A stretch of 52,621 nucleotides of DNA. Source: a virus. Lineage: Duplodnaviria; Caudoviricetes. Below are positions 1 to 9,347 of the stretch, piece after piece (position 1 is the stretch's first letter; each line of letters begins with the position of its first letter). The translations under genes and the position numbers were made by a program. The stretch lies in IMG/VR virus record IMGVR_UViG_3300042453_003401, positions 1 through 52,621 of that record. One strand, given 5' to 3'. The notes beneath the pieces are model-generated. The model was not told the origin of the DNA. It searched no databases and saw only the letters and a program-made list of their open reading frames with translations.

Positions 1-2
1 CT

Positions 3-701
3 CAAATTTTTCTGAGCGACGCGGGGGATGAGCTTTCGCCGTTTCTCCAATATGCCACTGGCACTGTTAAAGCTTCGTTTCCTTCTGCAAATCACACGAT
101 CTACACCAAGGAAACACTGAGGAAATTCATTGCCGACAATTACGACCCTGACGTGCTGTGGGCTTATGACTGTCTGAAGCCCTATTCATACAAGGCTGAT
201 CTTGGACGCTTTTGCTTGCTGAACAAGCTTGGTGGATGGTATTTGGACATTGCCATCAGAGTGGTCAACCCCGTAGAAGTGGGGCCTCGCATCAAATGGT
301 TGGCATTTCGGGACATCCAACGTTTTAGCTTTACTTCCTGGGCATGCGCTACGACCGTGCTGTATTCCCAGCCCGACAATCCTGCGCTAACCACCGCCAT
401 CCAATTGATCGTGAACAATTGTCACGAATGTTTTTATGGCATCACTCCACTGTGCCCCACTGGTCCCACTCTGCTCGGCCAGGCTCTGGCAATGAATGGC
501 CCCAACTCTGATTTTGTCTATGGTGACTATTTAGAGCTGACGCCTACGCATGAGCAAAAGAACAGGGCTTTCGTCTTGCCCGATGGAACTATTATGGCTT
601 GGTCCAAGCCTTCTGGTGGTGGTGATCTTGCTGGTGTTGGCGCTAAAGGCGTAAACAATTACAACGAACTTTGGGCCAAGCGAGATGTCTATGCAAGCTG
701 A
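3..701 (+). CDS. Glycosyltransferase, GT32/Och1-like (5'-truncated by the window)
   Basis: The frame is open from position 3 (QIFLSDAG...). It contains KADLGRFCLL...GGWYLDI and PTGPTLLG, typical of the GT32 sugar-binding region. Confidence 0.8.
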   Translation, partial: QIFLSDAGDELSPFLQYATGTVKASFPSANHTIYTKETLRKFIADNYDPDVLWAYDCLKPYSYKADLGRFCLLNKLGGWYLDIAIRVVNPVEVGPRIKWLAFRDIQRFSFTSWACATTVLYSQPDNPALTTAIQLIVNNCHECFYGITPLCPTGPTLLGQALAMNGPNSDFVYGDYLELTPTHEQKNRAFVLPDGTIMAWSKPSGGGDLAGVGAKGVNNYNELWAKRDVYAS

Positions 702-1410
702 AAATTGGCACATCTATGTAATGTGTCATGGTGACAATGAGCCGCGCTATTCATCCTCCGCTTCTCTCCATCGCATGAAATTAGGAGCAGAAAGTCTTCC
801 TCTAGAAGAGATGCTGCAACTTTTTCATGCGGGCTGGCACTTGGACAATGTGGGCGGCCATAATATCTCCACTTACAACAAGTGGTGGTCGGAACTGACT
901 GGCATTCATTGGCTCGTCAACAATGCCACGGAAGAATTTATTGGCAATGCTCAGTACAGGCGACAATGGGCAGACGAAGGGCTGGGGCCGTCATCTCCTT
1001 CGGCGCTGTACATTCCCGAGCCGGAGCGCTTTGGCTGCTCCATCGCCAAGCAATATCGCGAGGGGCATGTTGGCATGGACGGCATTGAACAGGCGTTGTT
1101 GGCGGCAGATCGAGGGCAGATGCCCATCACTAGAGAGGAGCTGGAGCTTGCCTTTAATCAAAATATTTTTTTCGGTCACATCATGGCCAGAGGCGCCCAT
1201 GTAAATTATTGCGAAATCATGCAAACGTTGCTTGATTGCATGTGGCCCATTTGGGACAACTGCCAAGAAAAGATTAAACAAATTGAGGGTTACAACTGCC
1301 GTTATATTTCATTCTTGGCAGAGCGCGTCATGACAGCGTTGGTTTTACATCGTGACAAAGTGTGGCCAGGCATTAGCATTGAAACAGCGCCAATCAATTT
1401 CTTCCCGTAA
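685..1410 (+). CDS. DUF4422-like putative glycosyltransferase
   Basis: Motifs NISTYNKWWSELTGIHW, FIGNAQYRR and C-terminal RYISFLAERV resemble DUF4422 proteins. Overlaps the upstream GT gene. Confidence 0.65.
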   Translation: MSMQAENWHIYVMCHGDNEPRYSSSASLHRMKLGAESLPLEEMLQLFHAGWHLDNVGGHNISTYNKWWSELTGIHWLVNNATEEFIGNAQYRRQWADEGLGPSSPSALYIPEPERFGCSIAKQYREGHVGMDGIEQALLAADRGQMPITREELELAFNQNIFFGHIMARGAHVNYCEIMQTLLDCMWPIWDNCQEKIKQIEGYNCRYISFLAERVMTALVLHRDKVWPGISIETAPINFFP

Positions 1411-1422
1411 GATGGCCGCAAT

Positions 1423-1938
1423 TTACCATTCACTTAATTCTTTTCGCTGATGGTCTGCATTGCTTAAAACCTCTAAATTTTCCAAGGCATTATTCAAATG
1501 ATTGCCGTCTTTGTGGTGAACGTGCTCCCAGGATTCCAATTGTCGCCCAAGATGCTGTTCCATAATCCATCTGTGCTCGCGGACTTGCTTGCCATCTACA
1601 AGAATAGTTTTATATTTTTTGGCGGTAGATCCTTGAGCTTTTAGCGCTTTTGACCTTCTCATGATTGGTGAACTTGCCCGCGCTTTTTGGCCAATCTCGG
1701 GCTTGTCCAAAGCAGAGCATCTGCGAGAGCAATATTTGGCCGACTTACTTCTGTAAGACGGAACGTAAAAATTTTCCTTGCAATACAAGCATTGACAAGT
1801 GGCTCCTTGCCTAGGTCTTGGAGTGATCTTTCCTAGCGCTCGCAAGTGGTATGTCTGGCAACTGCGAGAGCAGTATACATTTGAGGTCCTTCTGGGATTG
1901 AAAATGTTGCTACAGTTAAGGCAATTACGAGGATCCAT
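1423..1938 (-). CDS. HNH homing endonuclease with N-terminal Cys-rich Zn-binding repeats
   Basis: Likely start MDPRNCLNC at 1938. Two CxxC...YCSRxC repeats, then EHRWIMEQHLGRQL...VHHKDGNHLNNALENLEVL (HNH_3 type). Lies antisense to the structural operon. Confidence 0.85.
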   Translation of the reverse strand: MDPRNCLNCSNIFNPRRTSNVYCSRSCQTYHLRALGKITPRPRQGATCQCLYCKENFYVPSYRSKSAKYCSRRCSALDKPEIGQKARASSPIMRRSKALKAQGSTAKKYKTILVDGKQVREHRWIMEQHLGRQLESWEHVHHKDGNHLNNALENLEVLSNADHQRKELSEW

Positions 1939-1980
1939 TGCGCAAGTAGTGGCTCCTGTCACTATAGCACTGTCTGAGTC

Positions 1981-2262
1981 ATGACACCCAAGACTAAAAA
2001 GGCCAAGCAGGTCAAAATCGCTCGCGTCATGAAAGAGTTCAAGGCAGGAACTCTCAAAAGCAGTAGCGGTGAAAAGATCACAGATTATCGACGCGCTGTT
2101 GCCATTGCTCTTAGCGAAGCTGGTATGAGCATGAAAAAGAAGGACGCTAGCGAAGAATACATGCGTGCCTTTATTCGTCAAGTGCTTGAAGAAGAAGAAG
2201 CAATGGAAGAAGAGGAGGAAATGGATGACTCTTGCGAAAAAAGCGCTAAGGGGCGACGCTGA
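1981..2262 (+). CDS. DUF6496-like small head-region protein
   Basis: KIARVMKEFKAGTLKSSSG...AVAIALSEAG motif followed by an acidic tail. Confidence 0.65.
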   Translation: MTPKTKKAKQVKIARVMKEFKAGTLKSSSGEKITDYRRAVAIALSEAGMSMKKKDASEEYMRAFIRQVLEEEEAMEEEEEMDDSCEKSAKGRR

Positions 2263-2596
2263 ATCGTTTGCCCCTCCATCGCCTGTTCGTTCAGCAGCGC
2301 GTCGCGGCTTGGAGCTGCGCAAGAAGCATGGCAAAGGCGGCCTGGCCACTCAGGAAGCCGGCAAGCAAGGCATTGGTAGTGGCGTTGCTAGAGCGACAAG
2401 CTTGGCCAATGGGGAGAAGGTGAGCTACGAAACGATTAAGCGCATGGCAGCGTTCTTTTCAAGGCATGAAAAGAATAAAGCCGGAGGAGAAGGTGATGCT
2501 GGATTTCACGCATGGCTCTTATGGGGAGGTGACGCTGGTAGGGCGTGGGCCAATCGGATTATTAAGATGGTGGAAAGCCGCAAGGAACAATCGTGA
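2225..2596 (+). CDS. Conserved phage head-region protein (WLLWGGDAG family)
   Basis: AARRGLELR...GVARA...TIKRMAAFFSRH...AWLLWGGDAGRAWA is a domain I recognise from phage head modules. Start uncertain; ATG 2225 used. Confidence 0.65.
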   Translation: MTLAKKALRGDAESFAPPSPVRSAARRGLELRKKHGKGGLATQEAGKQGIGSGVARATSLANGEKVSYETIKRMAAFFSRHEKNKAGGEGDAGFHAWLLWGGDAGRAWANRIIKMVESRKEQS

Positions 2597-2904
2597 GCGA
2601 ATACGTCCGCGTCATTGAAGAAGAAGAAGACGGCATTGGCATCATGAAGGCTCTGTGCATTCTTTCCGCGCATGAGCATCGTGACACTTCCAACTGGCGG
2701 CTAGTCGAAGAGCAGCACTTCAAGAATGGGCGTCTTGATGAAACCCACATCTTTGTGCGCAATGCCTATGACAAGCCCCATGAATATTTTGAACCAGTCA
2801 AAATGCTGGTCTTTGAAGCTGAGGCTATTGCAAAAAGTTATGTGATGACGGGCATTGAGCAGCAAATCGAAGGGCTTCAGGACGACGATGACGACGAAGA
2901 TTGA
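2593..2904 (+). CDS. Hypothetical acidic protein
   Basis: GTGA overlap with the upstream gene; 103-aa ORF. Confidence 0.6.
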   Translation: MSEYVRVIEEEEDGIGIMKALCILSAHEHRDTSNWRLVEEQHFKNGRLDETHIFVRNAYDKPHEYFEPVKMLVFEAEAIAKSYVMTGIEQQIEGLQDDDDDED

Positions 2905-3179
2905 GCCGCGTTGACAACAAAATTTGGCATGCCCAATAGCCAAAGCACTGACAGCCCATAAAGCCCGCTAAGAGTGGCAATTTGCACTGCGGAGGGTTCG
3001 CTTTCTCCGCGTTCCATGCGGCAATAAGTGGCAGCACCAATGTGCAGTTCGCGAGCCACGTCCCTTTGCGACAAGCCGCTATTGAGACGAGCGTCCTTCA
3101 TTCGCCGTGCCACGACCAACTTGCGTTGCCAGTGCGGCATGCGTAGCGCATTGACAGAACTGTTGAGAAAATGACGCAC
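2877..3179 (-). CDS. XRE/Cro-C1-type helix-turn-helix regulator
   Basis: RMKDARLNSGLSQRDVARELHIGAATYCRMERGESEPS matches the HTH_3 pattern. Confidence 0.85.
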   Translation of the reverse strand: MRHFLNSSVNALRMPHWQRKLVVARRMKDARLNSGLSQRDVARELHIGAATYCRMERGESEPSAVQIATLSGLYGLSVLWLLGMPNFVVNAAQSSSSSSS

Positions 3180-3240
3180 CGTGTTTCACCTGTGGAACAA
3201 GAAGCATAGTTTACTACATTTATTTCGTTATTTTTAATAT

Positions 3241-4434
3241 ATGAGCGAAACTTCTTTCCGCTACGATGTCGCGCCCATTGAAAAGTATGAAGTGACCCCC
3301 GAGGGTTATCTTCGTGCTTGGGCCACTATCGCTCGCACTGGAGTGCAGATGTACTCCGATGCAGACGGCAGTGTTAGGCGCGAATATCGTCCCAAAGAAG
3401 AAGTGGCGTCTCCTGAAAGCCTCGCTTCATTTGCGGGCAAGGCCATCACGCTTGAGCATCCTCCAATCCTCCTTGATAGCGCCAATACAAAGGACTATCA
3501 AATTGGCTTTTCGGGCACTGAAGTGGTTTACGACGACGGATTTGTCCGTGCAGTCATGACAATCACTGATAAAAATGCCATTGAAAAGATCATGAGGGGC
3601 GATGCCAAGGAAGTGAGTGCTGGCTATCGAGTGGAATACGATTCCACTCCTGGTGTGACGAGCGATGGCGAAAACTACGATGGCATTCAACGTGCTATTA
3701 GTGGAAATCACATTGCTGTGGTTCGTCGGGGCAGGGCTGGCCCACAAGTGAAGCTGCATCTGGATCGCCTAGATGCCGCTGACCCACAATTACTCCTTAC
3801 AAAAGAGGAACCATCTATGACTGCTAAGGTCAACTTCGATGGCGCCGAGTTTGAAGTGAGCGAGAGCGTTGCTCTGGCGATCACTAAAGAACGCGACGAC
3901 GCCCGCATGTCCTACGAGGACATGAAGAAGAAATACGATGAAATGATGTCCAACGCTTCCAAAATGAAGGAAGAGATGGATGCCATGAAGAAAGAGATGC
4001 AAGGCAAGTGCGACGCCGCCGAAGGTCGCGCTGATGCCCTCGAGCAAGAGCTGGAAGCCGCTAAGGCCGACCTGACTGTTGCTGGTCAAGTGAATATTGA
4101 TTCGCTTGTTGAAGAGCGCGTTGCCCTCATTGACAAAGCTCGCACCAATCTGGATAGTGAGTTTGATTTTGCCGGCAAGAGCGCCCGTGAGATCATGGAA
4201 GCCTCGATTAAAGCTGTTCGTGGCGACGCTGATCTGTCGGAGCGTTCCGACGATTACGTTCAAGCAATGTTCGACACGCTGGCTGAAGCTGCTCCTCGCA
4301 GTGACTCTGCCTCGACCGACGAACTGCGCAAAGCTGTGGCATCCATTGCCACCCCTGTTTCTGCTCCTGCGTCCTACATGGACAATCTGCAGAACGCTTG
4401 GAAAACCCCCCTCTCCGTTACTAAGGAGCGCTGA
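3241..4434 (+). CDS. DUF2213 prohead protease / scaffold fusion
   Basis: TPEGYL...IARTGVQ, ITLEHP, EVSAGY and NHIAVVRRGRAG are DUF2213 motifs. The C-terminal half is coiled-coil. Lies upstream of the decoration and capsid genes. Confidence 0.9.
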   Translation: MSETSFRYDVAPIEKYEVTPEGYLRAWATIARTGVQMYSDADGSVRREYRPKEEVASPESLASFAGKAITLEHPPILLDSANTKDYQIGFSGTEVVYDDGFVRAVMTITDKNAIEKIMRGDAKEVSAGYRVEYDSTPGVTSDGENYDGIQRAISGNHIAVVRRGRAGPQVKLHLDRLDAADPQLLLTKEEPSMTAKVNFDGAEFEVSESVALAITKERDDARMSYEDMKKKYDEMMSNASKMKEEMDAMKKEMQGKCDAAEGRADALEQELEAAKADLTVAGQVNIDSLVEERVALIDKARTNLDSEFDFAGKSAREIMEASIKAVRGDADLSERSDDYVQAMFDTLAEAAPRSDSASTDELRKAVASIATPVSAPASYMDNLQNAWKTPLSVTKER

Positions 4435-4436
4435 TT

Positions 4437-4997
4437 ATGGCCGTCGTTTTTTCTTCGGTGAGTTCCGGGACGGCAGGTGGCGTGCAGCAAAGCTATGCGC
4501 TTGAGCTGACCGCACTGCTGGAAGGTCAACTTTCCGACATCCGTGACAACACTATTGGCACCTACATCAACGAAACCAACGCCGTCCTGGCCTTCGGTAA
4601 TGTTGTGGTGTACAACTCTGGCGGCACTGTCGCCAACTCCGCTAAGACCATTGGCGGCACTGGCGAAACCGTCGTGGGCGTGAACGTGCTCACCTACGTT
4701 GACGAAACTGCTGAAGATTCCAACAGCCGCCCCGGCGTGAAGGACGAGCAAGTGCTCAACGTGGCCAACGAAGGCGCCGTTGCCCTGTATGTTCATGGCA
4801 CTTGCACTCCGGCGACTGCCGTGCGCGTCATCCACACTGCTACTGGCGTCAAGTATGCCGGTCAGCTCACTGGCGATGCCATTGCCGGCAAGAGCGCGAT
4901 TCTGTCGAATGCCCGTTATCTCACCTCCGTCACCGGCTCTGGCCTGGCGATCGTTGAGCTGAACGGTCCTTCGTTCACCCTCACCGCTGACACCTGA
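4437..4997 (+). CDS. Capsid decoration/cement protein
   Basis: Sits between the DUF2213 gene and the capsid gene, is G/A/T/V-rich, and has strongly biased codons like the capsid gene. Confidence 0.7.
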   Translation: MAVVFSSVSSGTAGGVQQSYALELTALLEGQLSDIRDNTIGTYINETNAVLAFGNVVVYNSGGTVANSAKTIGGTGETVVGVNVLTYVDETAEDSNSRPGVKDEQVLNVANEGAVALYVHGTCTPATAVRVIHTATGVKYAGQLTGDAIAGKSAILSNARYLTSVTGSGLAIVELNGPSFTLTADT

Positions 4998-5011
4998 TAG
5001 GAGGCCCTCCA

Positions 5012-5917
5012 ATGTCTGATTTCCGTATGGATGAAGCGGGTCTGTTTCTCGAGCGTCAGCTTGAGTACATCCGCCCTCAAGTTTTTGAAGTCGCTTATGC
5101 CGACATCAAATACCCCACCATTCTGCCTGTTACCAGCGAAGCTGGTCCTGGCGCTCAAACCTTCACCTATCGCGTGATGGACGCGACTGGCGAATTCAAG
5201 CTCATCGCTGACGCTGCTGACGATCTGCCCCGCGCAGACATCAGCCAAGTCGAGAAGAGCATCAACATTCGCTCGTTTGGTGGTTCTTTCGGCTACACGG
5301 TTCAAGAGCTGCGGGCCGCTCAAATGGCCAACATCGCTCTCGAGCAGCGTCGTGCCACTGCCGTTCGTCGTGCTTACGAAGAGAAGGTGGAAGACGTGGC
5401 CATGTTTGGCGAATCGTCCGTGGGCCTGCAAGGCTTCTTCAATAACGCCACTGTTGACGTTGTTGCTGCTGACAAGTGGTTCACCGATAGCGGCACCACT
5501 GCCCAAGAAATGCTGGACCTGCTGAACTATGGCGTTACTGCCATCATCAACGGTTCCAACATGAAGGAGCAGCCCGATACCATCCTCATGGCTTGGGAAG
5601 ATTACAACACCATCTCCACTCGTCGCAATTCCGATTCTTCGGACGTGACCGTGATGGAATACTTCCTGCGCACCAACCCCTACATCCGCAATATCGAGCC
5701 CATCAACCAGCTCGACGCGGACAAGAGCACCCTGTCGAAGAACCGCATGGTGTTCTACAAGCGCGATCCGCAGAAAGTGCAACTGCACATTCCGCAGCCG
5801 CTTGAGCTGTTTCCGCCTCAGCAGCGTGGTCTGGAATTCATCGTTCCGGCCCATGCTCGCGTGGGTGGCGTGGCCCTCTACTATCCCAAGAGCGTCCTGT
5901 ACTTGCAGGCTCCCTGA
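5012..5917 (+). CDS. Major capsid protein, DUF2184 / HK97-fold (encapsulin-related)
   Basis: ADDLPRAD, GYTVQELRAA, LQGFFN, RMVFYKRDP and RVGGVALYYP motifs, plus synteny. Confidence 0.9.
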   Translation: MSDFRMDEAGLFLERQLEYIRPQVFEVAYADIKYPTILPVTSEAGPGAQTFTYRVMDATGEFKLIADAADDLPRADISQVEKSINIRSFGGSFGYTVQELRAAQMANIALEQRRATAVRRAYEEKVEDVAMFGESSVGLQGFFNNATVDVVAADKWFTDSGTTAQEMLDLLNYGVTAIINGSNMKEQPDTILMAWEDYNTISTRRNSDSSDVTVMEYFLRTNPYIRNIEPINQLDADKSTLSKNRMVFYKRDPQKVQLHIPQPLELFPPQQRGLEFIVPAHARVGGVALYYPKSVLYLQAP

Positions 5918-5968
5918 GGATAGGTAAGTGATGGGCGTTAAGCTAATGAACAGTTCTTTTGAACACAA

Positions 5969-6355
5969 ATGTTGATTGCTTATCGCCCTGAACTTGAAAA
6001 TCCGCCGCGTGAGGGAGGGTTTGGCATTATCACTGACGCTGGCATGATTCAGCTCAGTCCTGGCGTTAACACTGATGTTCCTGAAACTAAGTGGGATATT
6101 GCCCGCAAAAATGGCACCGTCAAGCGGCTTATGGCCCTTGGAGCCATTGAGGAAGTGAAGGAACAGGCTACGGTCCAGGAGATTCCCACGAGCATCGACA
6201 CTCTCATCCAACTGCCACTTAACGAAGCGTTCCGTCTGCTTGAAATCATGCATGACGAGGATCAGCTTCTGCAATGGAAAGGGAAAGAGGGTCGCGTGAG
6301 AATCAGAAATGCCATCAATAAGCGTCTGGAAAACATTAAGGCGGGGAAGGTCTGA
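5969..6355 (+). CDS. Hypothetical head-associated protein
   Basis: ORF directly after the capsid gene, with a helical C-terminus (EGRVRIRNAINKRLE). Confidence 0.6.
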   Translation: MLIAYRPELENPPREGGFGIITDAGMIQLSPGVNTDVPETKWDIARKNGTVKRLMALGAIEEVKEQATVQEIPTSIDTLIQLPLNEAFRLLEIMHDEDQLLQWKGKEGRVRIRNAINKRLENIKAGKV

Positions 6356-6357
6356 TC

Positions 6358-6672
6358 ATGGCCGTCACCTACGCTACTTTTCTAGATCGCTTCCCTGAGT
6401 TCACTCCCCACCCATCGGGAATTGTGAACGGAGCCCTTGACGAAGCTGCAGCGGATGCCACCAGCGATGTGTTTGGCACTCAAACTGACAGAGCCGTCAA
6501 GCATCTCGCAGCTCACATTATTGCCATTCAACTTGCACAAATGGGCATTCAAATTGGTGCCACAGAAGGCAAAGTGTATGGCAATGGGCTCGAAGCCACG
6601 CAATATGGCCAAGAGTTCAAACGCATGCTTGATACCGTCGCCGGATCTACCACAGTTGGTTTCGTCGTATGA
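6358..6672 (+). CDS. DUF4054-like head-tail adaptor
   Basis: FLDRFPEF, LAAHII and TQYGQEFKRM motifs. Confidence 0.8.
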   Translation: MAVTYATFLDRFPEFTPHPSGIVNGALDEAAADATSDVFGTQTDRAVKHLAAHIIAIQLAQMGIQIGATEGKVYGNGLEATQYGQEFKRMLDTVAGSTTVGFVV

Positions 6673-7058
6673 GCAATGTCCTGTCGCCACTTGCTAATGC
6701 CACTTTGGTTTGGCAGGTGGCGTCTGGATACGTCACCGACTCAGGCACTGGCAATTACATCGCCATGGCCACTGGCATCACTTACTACGCTTCTCTTAAG
6801 CAAAAGAACAATCCTCGATTTGACTATTTGCTTGGGGCCGATGCCACTGCAGTGTATATGGAGGGCAAGCTAACCGGCCCCCTCACACTTTCTGGAATTA
6901 CACCTGGAAGCTCCGCTGCAGCAACGATCAATGGTAGAGAAGGGCGGTTTGAGCTGTTGCCGAACGAACAAATTGCTGAGCACTATTGGCAATTTCTTGG
7001 CGCACCAATCAGAGGCATTTTTAGACTGGTTGGCAAAGGAAGCGTGCAGAACGTCTGA
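6669..7058 (+). CDS. Putative head-closure / neck protein
   Basis: ATGA-coupled to the adaptor gene; assigned by size and synteny. Confidence 0.55.
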   Translation: MSNVLSPLANATLVWQVASGYVTDSGTGNYIAMATGITYYASLKQKNNPRFDYLLGADATAVYMEGKLTGPLTLSGITPGSSAAATINGREGRFELLPNEQIAEHYWQFLGAPIRGIFRLVGKGSVQNV

Positions 7059-7094
7059 CGCTTAACCATCTTCTTTCCCATTGAGGATTTTCTC

Positions 7095-7673
7095 ATGCTC
7101 TACCATCCGACTGAACTGGTTAAGAGCCAAGACGTTATTGTGCGTGTTGGCTCGATTGCAGGCGTTGCCCGCCCTGTGATCACCCAGAGTGGCGCCACCT
7201 TCACTGTTAGCGGCGCTCCCACCCTTTATACGCTGCAGGCCGCTACGACGGCTTCTGTGGCCTTTAACGACGGCAACACGGAATTCTATCTGCTTGGTGG
7301 CGGCGGCTTCTCTGACAGTGTTATCGTCACCTCTCAGGCCACTGCTTCCGTCACTTCCTACTTCCAGAAGGACGTTGACGGCACTGTGTTCCTGCCCAAT
7401 AGCTTTGACGAAGCCTTCCAAGTGATCAGCGCTTCGCGCTACGACAAGAACTCTGAAGTGTACGTTGAAATTAACAAGCAACTGGGCGCTTCCGGCACCA
7501 CTTACTACTACGATCGCGTGGCTTACGTTGGTCGCGTGATGAATTACAACGAGAGCTATCCCGCTGATAACCTCGTTGAAGTTACGTTCGATCTGATCAG
7601 CCGTGGTCGCATCGGCATCCACCAGAATGCTGAGGAGACCGGTAGCATCATCCCGAGCGCTCCTAACTCCTGA
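7095..7673 (+). CDS. Major tail tube protein
   Basis: Beta-rich, with C-terminal YNESYPADNLVEVTFDLISRG. Codon bias resembles the capsid gene, and a terminator follows. Confidence 0.75.
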   Translation: MLYHPTELVKSQDVIVRVGSIAGVARPVITQSGATFTVSGAPTLYTLQAATTASVAFNDGNTEFYLLGGGGFSDSVIVTSQATASVTSYFQKDVDGTVFLPNSFDEAFQVISASRYDKNSEVYVEINKQLGASGTTYYYDRVAYVGRVMNYNESYPADNLVEVTFDLISRGRIGIHQNAEETGSIIPSAPNS

Positions 7674-7701
7674 CCATTCTTTTTCCATTGTTTCTTTGCT
7701 A

Positions 7702-7726
7702 GCCTGCCTATACGGCAGGTTTTTTT
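7702..7726 (+). terminator. Intrinsic terminator after the tail tube gene
   Basis: GCCTGCC-tatac-GGCAGGT followed by a T-tract. Confidence 0.75.
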
Positions 7727-7729
7727 ATT

Positions 7730-8137
7730 GTGAACATTTCACAGTTGCGAGATGTAATTACAACGCTCTTGAGCGCTAGCCCTAATTTAATCGGCTCGTA
7801 TATTTTTCCGAATGGCACCACTGTTCCCGCCGTGTATGTGGTGGGACAAAAAAGCGTGCCTGCAGAATGGAAAGTGACTGGCCTAGAGGTGACAATGCGT
7901 CAATACCCAGAAGTACTGCCTAGGGCTGGAGTGGGCGTAGTGGATGTGTTGCAGCAATGGGAAGTGATCCTCATGCAATACAATCCTGACGGCTCTGAAA
8001 TTGCTGCTGCGATGGACAGAATGAGCAGGCGCTTTCCTGATGCAGTTTTTCGCTACTTGCCTGGAGATGACGTAGCCTATGAGCGTTGTCGCATCATTAT
8101 TCCTGACAGAGAAATCCGCCGCTTAATTACGCAATAG
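7730..8137 (+). CDS. Putative tail completion/terminator protein
   Basis: Size and position in the neck/tail cluster. Confidence 0.5.
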   Translation: MNISQLRDVITTLLSASPNLIGSYIFPNGTTVPAVYVVGQKSVPAEWKVTGLEVTMRQYPEVLPRAGVGVVDVLQQWEVILMQYNPDGSEIAAAMDRMSRRFPDAVFRYLPGDDVAYERCRIIIPDREIRRLITQ

Positions 8138-8138
8138 T

Positions 8139-8618
8139 ATGGCCATCAAAAACAAGCTTTCCCTGTCAGCATCTTTCAACAACGAAGATGCTATTGTCAA
8201 GGCATTATCAGATGCTTTCACTCAATGGGCAGAAGAAGATATCAACGAAACGCATTGGCGAGAGCAGTTTTTAGAGAGGGAATGGAAATACGATGGGAAA
8301 ACCAAAAGAAAAAATCCGTCCGCTCCGGTGAGGGACGCTGATAATCCTCGAGATATTTATGATTTTGGAAAACTTTACGAAAGTGGAGTGAAAAGTTTTT
8401 TGCTTGCCTCCACGGGCGCTGGCATAAGGGCTTCGTGGCACTGGGATGCTAAAAATTCATCTGGCAGTGAGTATGCTTGGTACGTGCACGAAGGGCGAGG
8501 CACCAACAAAGATGCTCGAAAGTTCACTGATGACATTGCCATCGCTGCCTCCTTCTTCCTTAAAAAGCCTGGAATGGCGCTACAACGCCGAGTTGCTCTT
8601 TCATTGAATGGCCTGTGA
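8139..8618 (+). CDS. Neck/tail-completion protein (HK97 gp10-like)
   Basis: RDIYDFGKLYES and EYAWYVHEGRGT...ARKF motifs. Confidence 0.6.
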   Translation: MAIKNKLSLSASFNNEDAIVKALSDAFTQWAEEDINETHWREQFLEREWKYDGKTKRKNPSAPVRDADNPRDIYDFGKLYESGVKSFLLASTGAGIRASWHWDAKNSSGSEYAWYVHEGRGTNKDARKFTDDIAIAASFFLKKPGMALQRRVALSLNGL

Positions 8619-8857
8619 TGCAAATTGATTACTTGCGAAGCGATAACAATCAGGTGCATGCAATTAATTGCCATGTGAGAGGGAACGAAATCTCGATAGG
8701 AGTGCTGTGCCTAATGGCCTTCCAAGAAAGCACATGTAGAATATCCAGTGACAATCATTCTTTTGTCGTCGCCATTCCGCTACCTCTTCGTTCCGGGAGC
8801 GAGCGAGTGAAGGCTTTTAACACCACCCTATCGATCACCAGTCATGAGCAAATATAG
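8615..8857 (+). CDS. Hypothetical protein
   Basis: Overlaps both neighbours in the tail operon. Confidence 0.5.
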   Translation: MMQIDYLRSDNNQVHAINCHVRGNEISIGVLCLMAFQESTCRISSDNHSFVVAIPLPLRSGSERVKAFNTTLSITSHEQI

Positions 8858-9347
8858 CTTTCTTGTTGCAGCCAGTGAGCCAGAGTATTTTGCGGTCAAC
8901 GATTCCTTGAGGCTGGTGAAATACGATGGCTGGCTGGTGGGAGAAAGTATTGAGCATGAAGAAATCACGAAAGCGCAAAGTGCCGTCACTTTGAAGGCAG
9001 TTCAACTGGCTCGTAAAATTGCCAAGGTTAAAAAGATGTCGCTAGAAGACGCATTTGCGTTGCTTCAAGAGGGCAAGGTTGCCACTGAGGACTTGACAGA
9101 CGAATTTGCCGACGAAGTGCTGACCCTCTTGGACGAGACTAAAAGCGCAGACTCTTCTAGCGCAAGGCTCGTGACTGTTTTCATCCGCTCTAGGGGTCAA
9201 GGTTTCATCTCTGGAGAATGGCAGCCATTGGAGGACTGGACAATGGAAGACACCAAAAAGCTTTCCAGACCTTTGGTTCGAAAAGTTCTATCATTTGTAA
9301 ATGACGAGCAAGACAAGGAGGCCTCTAAGCCCGAAAAAAAAGCTTAG
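8844..9347 (+). CDS. Tail assembly chaperone (gpG-like)
   Basis: Upstream of the tape measure gene; ends at the slippery sequence GAA AAA AAA GCT TAG. Confidence 0.75.
   Translation: MSKYSFLVAASEPEYFAVNDSLRLVKYDGWLVGESIEHEEITKAQSAVTLKAVQLARKIAKVKKMSLEDAFALLQEGKVATEDLTDEFADEVLTLLDETKSADSSSARLVTVFIRSRGQGFISGEWQPLEDWTMEDTKKLSRPLVRKVLSFVNDEQDKEASKPEKKA

Noticed and set aside
2225-2262. Possible frameshift fusion of the DUF6496-like and WGGDAG ORFs at GAAAAAAG
   Set aside because: It would need a +1 or -2 shift, and an in-frame ATG at 2225 explains the second ORF. Not excluded, but unsupported.
1939-2349. N-terminal extension of the HNH ORF
   Set aside because: It overlaps real plus-strand genes; the nuclease domains begin at the ATG at 1938.
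5012-5917. Encapsulin nanocompartment operon
   Set aside because: The gene is embedded in a complete head-neck-tail module, so it is the phage capsid protein.
4374-6274. Long minus-strand ORFs (212 and 452 aa)
   Set aside because: Antisense shadows of the codon-biased decoration and capsid genes, with no recognisable motifs.
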